Positions 20,720-28,874 of a stretch of 64,000 bases of DNA are shown here, piece by piece. The stretch is taken from positions 8-64,007 of the forward strand of contig JAZQQH010000132.1 of the NCBI GenBank assembly GCA_045628985.1, in the 5' to 3' direction. The translations under genes were made by a program, and so were the position numbers. Below the pieces are notes generated by a model that made no database searches, was not told the origin of the DNA, and saw only the letters and a list, made by a program, of their open reading frames with translations. Position 1 is the first letter of the stretch. Each line of letters starts with the position of its first letter. Source of the DNA: Bacteroidales bacterium. GTDB taxonomy: Bacteria > Bacteroidota > Bacteroidia > Bacteroidales > UBA3663.

Positions 20720-21835
20720 ATGTATCTCCCCACCGTCAAAAACCTGGACATTCTCCTGCCATTCTCATGGCTCTATGGCTTAGGAGTCTGGTTCCGTAAC
20801 CGTATGTTCGATATGGGTCGCAAGCCTTCGGTCTCTTTTGAGGACGAAGTAGCAGTGATCTGTGTCGGCAACCTCGCTGTGGGAGGTACAGGCAAGACTC
20901 CTCACACCGAGTATTTGGTCTCTCTGCTCCAGAGCCAGGGCATAGGGCCTATTGCCGTCTTGAGCCGCGGATATAAGCGCCACACAACGGGTTTTGTACT
21001 CGCTAAATCGGGTATTACTGCCAATGAGCTTGGCGATGAGTCCTTCCAGCTCTATCGCAAGTATCCGAATATCATCGTTGCCGTCGATGCTGATCGTCCG
21101 CATGGTATCCGTGAATTGCTCAAACTGCCACAGCCTCCTAAGGTCATCCTGCTCGATGATGCCATGCAGCATCGTTACGTCAAGCCAGGCCTGACCATCT
21201 GTCTGACGAGCTATAATCGCATATTATATAAGGATAAGCTCCTGCCGGCAGGCCGTCTCCGCGAACCTGCTGCCAACGTGCATCGAGCAGACATTGTCAT
21301 CGTGACCAAGTGTCCGAACGCTTTGCGAAGCGAACAGGAGACCGAGATCCATGCCAACCTGCCAACCCGCATCGACCAGCCGATCTTTCACAGCGCTTAT
21401 CGCTATGGCCGTCTGGTCAACCTGGCTACCGGTGAGCCTTGCGACATCGATCATGCTACTGAGGTGCTGATCGTAGCTGGTATTGCCGATCCGAAGGTGA
21501 TGGAGAACTATGTGCATACACACTATCGCCTCCTGGATATCATGACCTTCGGCGATCATCATCATTTCTCAAACAAGGACATCGAGAAGATCAGCAGTCG
21601 TCTTGACAACCTCAATGGTGATGGCTATTGCACGACGTTGAGCAAGAACAAGTCGGTGATTATCACGACCGAGAAGGACGCTGTCCGCATGATCAACCAT
21701 CCTGCTGTCACCGACGATCTTCGCAAGCGAATCTATTACCTGCCTACCGAGGTCTATTTCCTCTCGCAGCAGGAAGAGAAGTTCAATCAGCTCGTCCTCG
21801 ACTATGTCCGGAGAGAAAGAAGTAATCATCAATGA
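20720..21835 (+). CDS. lpxK: Tetraacyldisaccharide 4'-kinase
   Basis: VGNLAVGGTGKTP, LSRGY, LDDAMQH, LLPAGRLREP, TTEKDAVR. Confidence 0.96.
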   Translation: MYLPTVKNLDILLPFSWLYGLGVWFRNRMFDMGRKPSVSFEDEVAVICVGNLAVGGTGKTPHTEYLVSLLQSQGIGPIAVLSRGYKRHTTGFVLAKSGITANELGDESFQLYRKYPNIIVAVDADRPHGIRELLKLPQPPKVILLDDAMQHRYVKPGLTICLTSYNRILYKDKLLPAGRLREPAANVHRADIVIVTKCPNALRSEQETEIHANLPTRIDQPIFHSAYRYGRLVNLATGEPCDIDHATEVLIVAGIADPKVMENYVHTHYRLLDIMTFGDHHHFSNKDIEKISSRLDNLNGDGYCTTLSKNKSVIITTEKDAVRMINHPAVTDDLRKRIYYLPTEVYFLSQQEEKFNQLVLDYVRRERSNHQ

Positions 21836-21837
21836 TA

Positions 21838-21985
21838 GAAGTTAATAAGAAGTTACAAGGAAGTTAATGACTTCGTCAAGAAGTTATAAGGACGTTTGTT
21901 TCATTTGTCCTAATAGCATAACTATCGTCCTTATAACTCCTTTATAACTCCTTTATAACTCCCCTATAACTTCTTTATAACTTCC
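21838..21985. repeat. Inverted arms of 11-mer tandem repeats
   Basis: gaagtta(a/c/t) units on the left, ttataact(c/t)c units on the right; gttataaggacg/cgtccttataac is a perfect inner stem. Confidence 0.85.
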
Positions 21986-22013
21986 TATTATCCTTTTAAT
22001 ATCCCTTAAAACT

Positions 22014-22826
22014 ATGAAACAGAAAATCAACGAAACCGCTCAGTACATCCTGAACAGCACCACCCTCCGTCCAAAGACCTCCATCATCCTGGGTACAGGC
22101 CTGGGTCAGTTGGCCACACAGATAGAAGATGCGCAGAGCATCCCATACAGCGAGATTCCTAACATGCCAGTCAGCACCGTCGAAGGTCACAGCGGCAAGC
22201 TCATCTTCGGCAAGCTCGGTGGCAAGGAGATTATGGCCATGCAGGGCCGCTTCCACTATTATGAGGGTTATAATATGAAGGAGGTAACCTTCCCTGTCCG
22301 CGTCATGAAGGCTTGCGGCATCGAGACCCTCTTTGTCAGCAACGCTGCAGGTGGCATGAACAGTTCCTTCCGCATCGGTGACCTCATGATTATCGACGAT
22401 CATATCAACCTCTTCCCAGAGCATCCGCTCCGTGGCAAGAACGATCCTGAGCTTGGTGTCCGCTTCCCAGATATGCACGAGGCTTACGACCAGCAGCTCA
22501 TCGCCTTGGCCGAGAAGATTGCTGCTGAGAAGAATATCCACCTCCAGAAGGGCGTCTATGTCGGCACACAGGGCCCAACTTTCGAGACTCGTGCTGAGTA
22601 TACCTACTTCCGCACCATCGGTGGCGACGCTGTGGGCATGAGCACCGTCCCTGAGGTCATCGTTGCTCGCCACGCTGGCATCAAAGTCTTCGGTATCAGC
22701 GTCATTACCGACCTCGGCGGTTTCGGTGTCCCTGTGCCAGCTACCCACGAGGAGGTGCAGGAAGCAGCCAACGCTGCACAGCCACTCATGACTACGATCA
22801 TGAGCGAGATGATCAAGCGCAGCTAA
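22014..22826 (+). CDS. punA: Purine-nucleoside phosphorylase
   Basis: IILGTGLG, MQGRFHYYEG, GPTFET.AE, DAVGMSTVPE. Confidence 0.93.
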   Translation: MKQKINETAQYILNSTTLRPKTSIILGTGLGQLATQIEDAQSIPYSEIPNMPVSTVEGHSGKLIFGKLGGKEIMAMQGRFHYYEGYNMKEVTFPVRVMKACGIETLFVSNAAGGMNSSFRIGDLMIIDDHINLFPEHPLRGKNDPELGVRFPDMHEAYDQQLIALAEKIAAEKNIHLQKGVYVGTQGPTFETRAEYTYFRTIGGDAVGMSTVPEVIVARHAGIKVFGISVITDLGGFGVPVPATHEEVQEAANAAQPLMTTIMSEMIKRS

Positions 22827-22842
22827 ACTCTAAACTTAAGAA

Positions 22843-23919
22843 ATGGAAATCAAAGAATACGGCGAGTTCGGCCTGATCAACCATCTGACCGAGAACTTCC
22901 CACTCAAACAAGCTTCTTCAATTTACGGCGTAGGTGATGACTGCGCCGTAATTAGTAATAACCCCTCCGAGGGTCAGACCGTCGTGACCACCGACCTCCT
23001 GCTCGAAGGAATCCACTTCGACCTGACCTATTGTCCTCTCCGTCACCTTGGCTATAAGGCCGTGGCAGTCAATGTCAGCGACGTGTACGCCATGATGGGT
23101 ACTCCTCGTCAGATCACCGTCAGCCTTGGCATCAGCAAGCGCTTCAAGGTCGAAGACCTCGAGGAACTCTATGCCGGCATGCGTCTGGCATGCGATGTCT
23201 ATGGCGTCGACCTCGTCGGTGGCGATACTTCAGCTTCGATGACCGGTCTCACGATCAGCATCACAGCCATCGGTGTGGCCGAAAAACCAGTCTATCGCAA
23301 CGGTGCGCGTCCTAATGACCTCATCTGCGTCAGTGGCGACCTCGGTGCCGCCTACATGGGCCTCCAGCTTCTGGAGCGCGAGAAAGCCATGTTCTGGAGC
23401 GAGTATAACCAGTGGCAGCGTGAGACCAACAAGGGTGCTGACGGCAGTCAGGCGCCACAGTTCAAGCCAAAGTTCGAGGGTCGCGAATACCTGCTCGAGC
23501 GTCAGCTCAAGCCAGAGGCGCGCAAGGATATCGTCCAGAAACTGAAGGAAGTAGGTATCACCCCTACCGCCATGATGGATATCAGTGATGGCCTTTCGAG
23601 CGAGCTTCTGCACATCTGCAAGCAGAGCCACGTCGGCTGTCGCATCTATGAGGAGCGCATCCCTATCGACTATCAGACAGCTGTGCAGGCCGAGGAGTTC
23701 AATCTCAACGTCACCACCGCAGCCATGAATGGAGGCGAGGACTACGAACTGCTCTTCACCGTGCCACTCACCCAGAACGAGCTCATTCAGCAGGTTCCGG
23801 GCATCCGACTCATCGGCCATATCACCGACGAGAAGCTCGGAGCCGCCATGATCACTCGCGACGGCCAGTCGGAGGTGACGCTCAAGGCGCAGGGATGGAA
23901 TGCTTTTTCAAATGAATAA
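22843..23919 (+). CDS. thiL: Thiamine-monophosphate kinase
   Basis: GEFGLI, GDDCAV, NVSDVYAM, MMDISDGL, GGEDYELLF. Confidence 0.96.
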   Translation: MEIKEYGEFGLINHLTENFPLKQASSIYGVGDDCAVISNNPSEGQTVVTTDLLLEGIHFDLTYCPLRHLGYKAVAVNVSDVYAMMGTPRQITVSLGISKRFKVEDLEELYAGMRLACDVYGVDLVGGDTSASMTGLTISITAIGVAEKPVYRNGARPNDLICVSGDLGAAYMGLQLLEREKAMFWSEYNQWQRETNKGADGSQAPQFKPKFEGREYLLERQLKPEARKDIVQKLKEVGITPTAMMDISDGLSSELLHICKQSHVGCRIYEERIPIDYQTAVQAEEFNLNVTTAAMNGGEDYELLFTVPLTQNELIQQVPGIRLIGHITDEKLGAAMITRDGQSEVTLKAQGWNAFSNE

Positions 23920-24024
23920 TGATTAATTAATAATGAATAATGTTTGCCTTACGGATTTTTATTTTATGATTGAGCAGCATTATTCATTCAATTATTAATT
24001 ATTCATTATTAATTATTCATTATT
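23910..24024. repeat. Inverted heptamer tandem repeats (AATGAAT / ATTCATT)
   Basis: aatgaat-aatgatt-aattaat-aatgaat, then attattc-attcaatt-... running up to the mnmA ATG. Confidence 0.85.
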
Positions 24025-25155
24025 ATGAATATAGCAGCACTTCTCAGCGGCGGCGTAGACAGTAGCGTTGCCGTCCATCTGCTTTGTGAGCAGGGACATA
24101 AGCCAGACCTCTTTTATATCAAAATCGGTATGAACGAGGACGGCTACTCATGTCCTCAGGAGGAGGATCTCGAGATCGTCAAAGCCATGGCTCACCGCTA
24201 TGGCCTGAAGTACGATGTCGTTGATCTTCAGCACGAATACTGGGATAATGTCGTGTCCTACACCATCGACAAGGTGCGCCGCGGCTTCACCCCGAACCCC
24301 GATGTGATGTGCAACCGTCTCATCAAGTTCGGCGCCTTCGATCAGAAAGTCGGCCATCTCTACGACAAGACGGCCACGGGTCATTATGCCACGGTCATCG
24401 AAGAAAATGGCTATTCATTCCTTGGTACAACTCCTGATCCAGTGAAGGATCAGACCGACTTCCTCGCTCAGCTCACCGGCCTGCAGGTCAGCCACAGCCT
24501 TTTCCCGATCGGCTCGATGGCCAAAGGCGAGGTGCGTCGCATTGCCGAAGAAGCCAAGCTCCCCTCAGCACATCGCAAAGACTCTCAGGGCATCTGTTTC
24601 CTCGGCAAGATCAACTACAACGAGTTCATCGAGCGTTTCCTCGGCAAGAAGGAAGGTCCTATCATCGAACTCGAAACCGGCAAGATCCTTGGCAAGCACC
24701 AAGGCTTCTGGTTCCACACCATCGGCCAGCGTAAAGGCCTCTATCTCAGCGGCGGACCGTGGTTCGTCATCAAGAAAGACATCGAGCAGAACATCATCTA
24801 CGTCAGCCGCGGCTATGACCCTGAGGCGCAGAAGCAGGATTGGCTCGTGATGCGCGACATGCACTGGATCACCCTTGATCCTTTCGATCAACTGGCAAAG
24901 GATCCTGAAGTAGCAGAAAAATTATCAATTACCAATTATCAATTATCAATTAAAGAGCCTCTCGCTATGCGAGTGCTCTTTAAGATCCGCCACGTCGCCG
25001 AGCTCCGCTCTGGCCTCCTCACCGCCCGTCCCGACGGCAGCTACTACCTTAAGATGGACGAGAAGACCAACGGCGTCGCCCCCGGCCAGTTCTGCGTCAT
25101 CTACACCCCCGATGGCCGCATCTGTCTCGGCAGCGGAGAGATTTCATGGGAATGA
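24025..25155 (+). CDS. mnmA: tRNA 2-thiouridine(34) synthase
   Basis: [45 protein letters not shown]. Confidence 0.96.
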   Translation: MNIAALLSGGVDSSVAVHLLCEQGHKPDLFYIKIGMNEDGYSCPQEEDLEIVKAMAHRYGLKYDVVDLQHEYWDNVVSYTIDKVRRGFTPNPDVMCNRLIKFGAFDQKVGHLYDKTATGHYATVIEENGYSFLGTTPDPVKDQTDFLAQLTGLQVSHSLFPIGSMAKGEVRRIAEEAKLPSAHRKDSQGICFLGKINYNEFIERFLGKKEGPIIELETGKILGKHQGFWFHTIGQRKGLYLSGGPWFVIKKDIEQNIIYVSRGYDPEAQKQDWLVMRDMHWITLDPFDQLAKDPEVAEKLSITNYQLSIKEPLAMRVLFKIRHVAELRSGLLTARPDGSYYLKMDEKTNGVAPGQFCVIYTPDGRICLGSGEISWE

Positions 25156-25185
25156 TTCTACACATTATTTAAATATAATATAACT

Positions 25186-25446
25186 ATGAACACCGAAATC
25201 ATCGCAAAGCTCGTAGCTCTCCTTCAGTCAAATCCAGGTTTGCAGGAGAAGCTCATGTCATTCACCAACATCAACGACGCTGTAGCTCTCGTCAAGAGCA
25301 AAGGTCTTGAGATTGCAGCTAAGGAACTCCAGGAATTCCTTACCAAGAACCTCAGCCAGGGCGATATCGCCAAGAATGTCCTCGGCAAACTCGCAGGCGA
25401 TAAGGCTGGTGCAGCCGGCGATCTTCTGAAGAATATCCTCGGATAA
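25186..25446 (+). CDS. Small protein with a Nif11-like N-terminal domain
   Basis: LQSNPGLQEKL...DAVALVKSKGLEIAAKEL resembles the Nif11 consensus; strongly biased codon usage. Confidence 0.55.
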   Translation: MNTEIIAKLVALLQSNPGLQEKLMSFTNINDAVALVKSKGLEIAAKELQEFLTKNLSQGDIAKNVLGKLAGDKAGAAGDLLKNILG

Positions 25447-25528
25447 TCCAGATTTTGACGTTACGTACACAACGTTGAAATTCTACACGAAAGGAGTCAA
25501 CACTGCTTTTCTGGTGTTGACTCCCGCG

Positions 25529-25572
25529 ATCACGGCATCCTCCCCAGCGTACGCTGTAGAGGATGCCGTGAT
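25529..25572. repeat. REP-like palindrome (GGCATCCT...AGGATGCC family)
   Basis: atcacggcatcctc...gaggatgccgtgat; two related copies at 46590-46672. Confidence 0.75.
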
Positions 25573-25613
25573 GTAAGAATCTCCAAAGTCACATAACTTT
25601 GGACACTCTTTAC

Positions 25614-25712
25614 TGCAAGATCGGACGCCACGAATTCACGGCGTCCGATTTTGCTTGCAGGATCAGACATTCTGCATTCACGGCGTCCGATCCGTGATCA
25701 AAGATTGGATTT
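25614..25712. repeat. Degenerate 42-bp-period array of alternating tcggac/gtccga motifs
   Basis: gatcggac, gatcagac, gattggat at 25619, 25661, 25703; ttcacggcgtccgat at 25635 and 25677. Confidence 0.7.
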
Positions 25713-25927
25713 CCGGAGTTCCGAACGTCTCTTAATGCAAAAAATACCATTTTATCACACTTTTTTGGCACTTCTCTTGTTTTCGTCAAATCTTTTCCTT
25801 ATCTTCGCGCCCGCTTTCTGAGGAAATACATTTTATACTCAATTTCTGACAAACTTTGCTTACTAAGTGCAGATCCTAAAAGCTTAACTGAAACACATTA
25901 TTCATCTTTTAATTTTCCTCCTTTTTC

Positions 25928-27145
25928 ATGTTAGAAAACTCTAACCAGAGTGTGCCAGCTGCAGAGGTAGCTGGTAAGACCCTTGTCGAGGAATTCATGG
26001 CCCTGAGCTATGAGTTCCGTCGCAACGTACTTTCCGACAAGTACGAAATGAGAGAAGTCTGCAACAACAGCGAAGCAGACGCCCATCCTAAGCCTTGGCG
26101 ACCTGTGACCCGCGAGAGCCAGAACACCGTCGTCCGCCGTGCCAAACGCGAACTCGGGGACCTGAAAGGCCTGAAAGCCAGCATTGACGAGTACATCCAC
26201 TCCGAAGAGACACCTGACTACGACCCGATTGCCGAGTATCTCAACCAGCTACCTGCCTGGGACGGTCGTAACTATGTCCGCGAGCTCTTCCAGCGCCTCC
26301 CTGGCCTTATCGAAGAGCAGCTCGCACAGCACAGCGTCTGGCTCCGTAGCTGTGTAGCTCACTGGCTCCAGCTCGACAATCTTCACGGCAACGAGCAGGT
26401 CCTGACCCTCATCGGCGCGCAAGGTTGTGGCAAGAGTACCTTCTGTGCACAGCTCCTCCCTCCACAGTTCCGTGAGTACTATCTTGACCACGTCAACCTC
26501 GGCAACAAGTTCGACAAGGAGATGGCCCTGACCAGCAACCTCCTCGTCAATCTCGACGAGCTTGACCAGATCAAATCCGGCAAGCAGGCCGAACTCAAGC
26601 AGATGCTCTCGAAGATCCAGGTCAACGGTCGTCCGATCTTCGGCAAGGCCCAGCGCAGTCGCAAGCGCTACGCCTCTTTCGTAGCCACTACTAACAACCC
26701 TCGTCCTCTGCAGGATACGACAGGTTCCCGTCGCTACTTATGTGTAGAAATCCCACAGGACACCATCATCCTCAACGACCATCCCATCGACTATGACCAG
26801 CTTTACGCGCAGGTAGTTTATGAGGTTCGCGAGCAGAAGCTCCCATACTGGTTCTCTCCAGCCGAGACCCGTCGCATCGAAGAAATGAACGTCAAGTTCC
26901 AGCGTGTCAGCGACCTCGAATCGATGGTCACCACCTGCTTCCGAAGACCAGAAGCCGGAGAGATTGCCATCCCTCTCTTAACACGTGACATTGTGTATAT
27001 CCTGTGCAAGAACTACCCAGAGCTCAGGCCTACACAGGGCATGAATGTCAAGGTCGGCCGCATCCTGAAGGCCTTGGATTATGAGCATAAAGCCTCTAAT
27101 CAGGGCTCTGCTTACTTCATCGTCCCGATCAAACGCGCTGCATGA
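25928..27145 (+). CDS. VapE/VirE-family P-loop ATPase (helicase-like) with a C-terminal DUF3874-like region
   Basis: LPAWDG, Walker A GAQGCGKST, LVNLDELD Walker B, ASFVATTN, DTTGSRRYL; no N-terminal primase domain; candidate promoter TATCTTCG at ~25800. Confidence 0.88.
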   Translation: MLENSNQSVPAAEVAGKTLVEEFMALSYEFRRNVLSDKYEMREVCNNSEADAHPKPWRPVTRESQNTVVRRAKRELGDLKGLKASIDEYIHSEETPDYDPIAEYLNQLPAWDGRNYVRELFQRLPGLIEEQLAQHSVWLRSCVAHWLQLDNLHGNEQVLTLIGAQGCGKSTFCAQLLPPQFREYYLDHVNLGNKFDKEMALTSNLLVNLDELDQIKSGKQAELKQMLSKIQVNGRPIFGKAQRSRKRYASFVATTNNPRPLQDTTGSRRYLCVEIPQDTIILNDHPIDYDQLYAQVVYEVREQKLPYWFSPAETRRIEEMNVKFQRVSDLESMVTTCFRRPEAGEIAIPLLTRDIVYILCKNYPELRPTQGMNVKVGRILKALDYEHKASNQGSAYFIVPIKRAA

Positions 27146-27146
27146 C

Positions 27147-27328
27147 GAAAAAATCCTTCACTCCTTCACTACTGAATCTTATCCTGCTGAGTCATAAGCA
27201 ATTCGGTAGCCAAAAATGAGTGAAGGAAGCTAAAAGATCCTTCACCATCCTTCACTCATCCTTCACTTCGATTTCTTCTTAAGAATCAGCAAGATAGATG
27301 GCCGAGTGAAGGAGTGAAGGATTTTTTC
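27147..27328. repeat. 182-bp element with perfect 24-bp terminal inverted repeats and multiple TCCTTCAC motifs
   Basis: gaaaaaatccttcactccttcact (27147-27170) is the exact reverse complement of 27305-27328; starts 1 nt after the vapE stop codon. Confidence 0.9.
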
Positions 27329-27397
27329 TCATTCATTGAAAAATTGTGGTGTACACAAACTTTTTTGATGTTTTTTACTAAAAATTGCGATATTGCG

Positions 27398-27486
27398 TAT
27401 CCGTAACTATGTTTTTTTATATACTTACGGATGAACAATGCGAATATTTTGTCCGTAAGTATGATAAATTTAGTACTTACGGATGA
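27398..27486. repeat. Alternating inverted motifs tccgtaa/ttacgga with a 52-bp period
   Basis: tccgtaa at 27400 and 27452; ttacgga at 27425 and 27477. Confidence 0.7.
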
Positions 27487-27565
27487 GGAATCTTCTACTG
27501 AAGAAAATGATACCACGACAATTTGTCACGGTATTAAAATGCAGCACAAAAGGTGCTGTCGATAA

Positions 27566-28449
27566 AATTCTGGTCGCAATGTCACACTCATGAGTCCTCG
27601 ACGCATGGGTAAGACCGGATTGGTGCCTTCGATGGATTAACCCAGTTCTTTCGTAGTTGTAGTTTGGTCTTTTCTTCTGATCCTATTTCTGGTTCTCCAC
27701 AAGTATCACTTGATTTCAAGCCACAGCAAGCCGAAAATACGCTAAGTGAGATTTTTGAATATCTGAAAAGCTCTGATAGAGAGTGTTTTATTGCACTCGA
27801 TGAATTCCAGCAGGTCACTGAGTATCCGGAGACGGGGCTGGAAGCTGCCATTCGTTCGTATGCTCAATTCTGTCCGAACGTCCATTTCATCTTCTCGGGT
27901 AGCAAGCAACATCTGATGTCTGAGATATTTGATAGTCCTCAGCGTCCATTCTATCGCAGTACGCAGAAGGTCTCCATTGGAGCAATCCCAGAACGTAGCT
28001 ATTATCTCTTTGCCGCAGAATGGCTCTCGAAAGCAGATACCATGCTTCCGCAGGAGATCTTCCATCAGTTATATGAGCGATTTGAGGGCCATACCTGGTA
28101 TTTGCAGAACGTCCTCAACCATCTTTATGAGCAACGCCCTGCCCAGGTGAGCCAGGATGTAATCAACGAGTGTATTGCAGAGATCGTCCTTTCCGAATCT
28201 GAAGACTATAAGCGTCATTATAATCTGCTGACATCCAATCAGCAGCAGTTACTACGCGCAATTGGTATTGAAAAGTGCGTGCAATCCATTAACAGCGGAG
28301 AGTTCCTGTTGCGTTATGGTTTCAAAAGTACCAGCAGCATCAATAAAGCTTTATCCTACTTATTAGACAAAGAGTATGTCTATCGTTCGGATAAAGGTTA
28401 TATCGTTTACGATCGTTTCATGGGCCTGTGGCTTTTGAATCAGGTATAA
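27566..28449 (+). pseudogene. Disrupted AAA+ ATPase (archaeal-ATPase-like, wHTH C-terminus)
   Basis: Walker A segment NSGRNVTLMSPRRMGKTGL (27566-27622) stops at TAA 27638-27640, in a different frame from the Walker B (IALDEFQQ)...FIFSGS...YDRF ORF at 27664-28449; N-terminus missing. Confidence 0.8.
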
Positions 28450-28451
28450 AG

Positions 28452-28570
28452 AGATCCTTCACCATCCTTCACGCATCCTTCACTGTGATTTCTTCTTAAG
28501 AATCAGTAGGATAGAGGGTCGAGTGAAGGAGTGAAGGATTTTTTCGCATTCATTGAAAAATTGTGGTGTA
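28452..28570 (+). repeat. Second copy of the 119-bp direct repeat (first copy 27235-27353)
   Basis: Ungapped alignment by eye gives 8 mismatches in 119 nt; starts 2 nt after the ATPase stop codon. Confidence 0.92.
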
Positions 28571-28610
28571 AAGTTAATTCCTCGAATTGAAGATATAATT
28601 ATAAAATAGT

Positions 28611-28802
28611 ATGAAAAGATCAAATAGCCCATCGCAACACATCTATAAGTTGTACGATGAATTCGAAAAGAGAGGTAAGGACACCTCGTTAATTTCCCAA
28701 GCTATTCAGCACGCCACTGGCACAGTTGGCATATCCAATCTGGAAGTTATTACGGGGTGGATAGAGGAAATGTCCAATTCTCAGACTTATGAACCATTCT
28801 AA
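28611..28802 (+). CDS. Small hypothetical protein or gene fragment (63 aa)
   Basis: ATG-initiated ORF with an AT-rich upstream region, right after repeat copy 2; no motif recognised. Confidence 0.35.
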   Translation: MKRSNSPSQHIYKLYDEFEKRGKDTSLISQAIQHATGTVGISNLEVITGWIEEMSNSQTYEPF

Positions 28803-28828
28803 ATGAGGTAGGAGGTTAATTCATATCG

Positions 28829-28872
28829 AATACAGTGCAATTATGGCGAATTCGCCATAATTGCACTGTATT
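28829..28872. repeat. Perfect 44-bp loopless palindrome between convergent genes
   Basis: aatacagtgcaattatggcgaa|ttcgccataattgcactgtatt. Confidence 0.9.
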
Positions 28873-28874
28873 TC

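Noticed and set aside
21996..22748. Long antisense ORFs (also 1258-1992, 7311-8150, 32763-33374, 51983-52900, 61892-62548)
   Set aside because: They are shadows of well-supported genes on the opposite strand, arising from codon bias, and show no motifs.
23395..23460. Insertion in ThiL
   Set aside because: A variable loop at this position appears usual in Prevotella-like ThiL and is not repeat-derived.
27664..28449. Intact 261-aa ATPase gene
   Set aside because: It lacks Walker A, which lies upstream in another frame, so it is treated as a pseudogene.
27147..28570. IS element, composite transposon or classical integron
   Set aside because: There is no transposase or integrase, no clear target-site duplication, and the repeats lack attC RYYYAAC/GTTRRRY ends.
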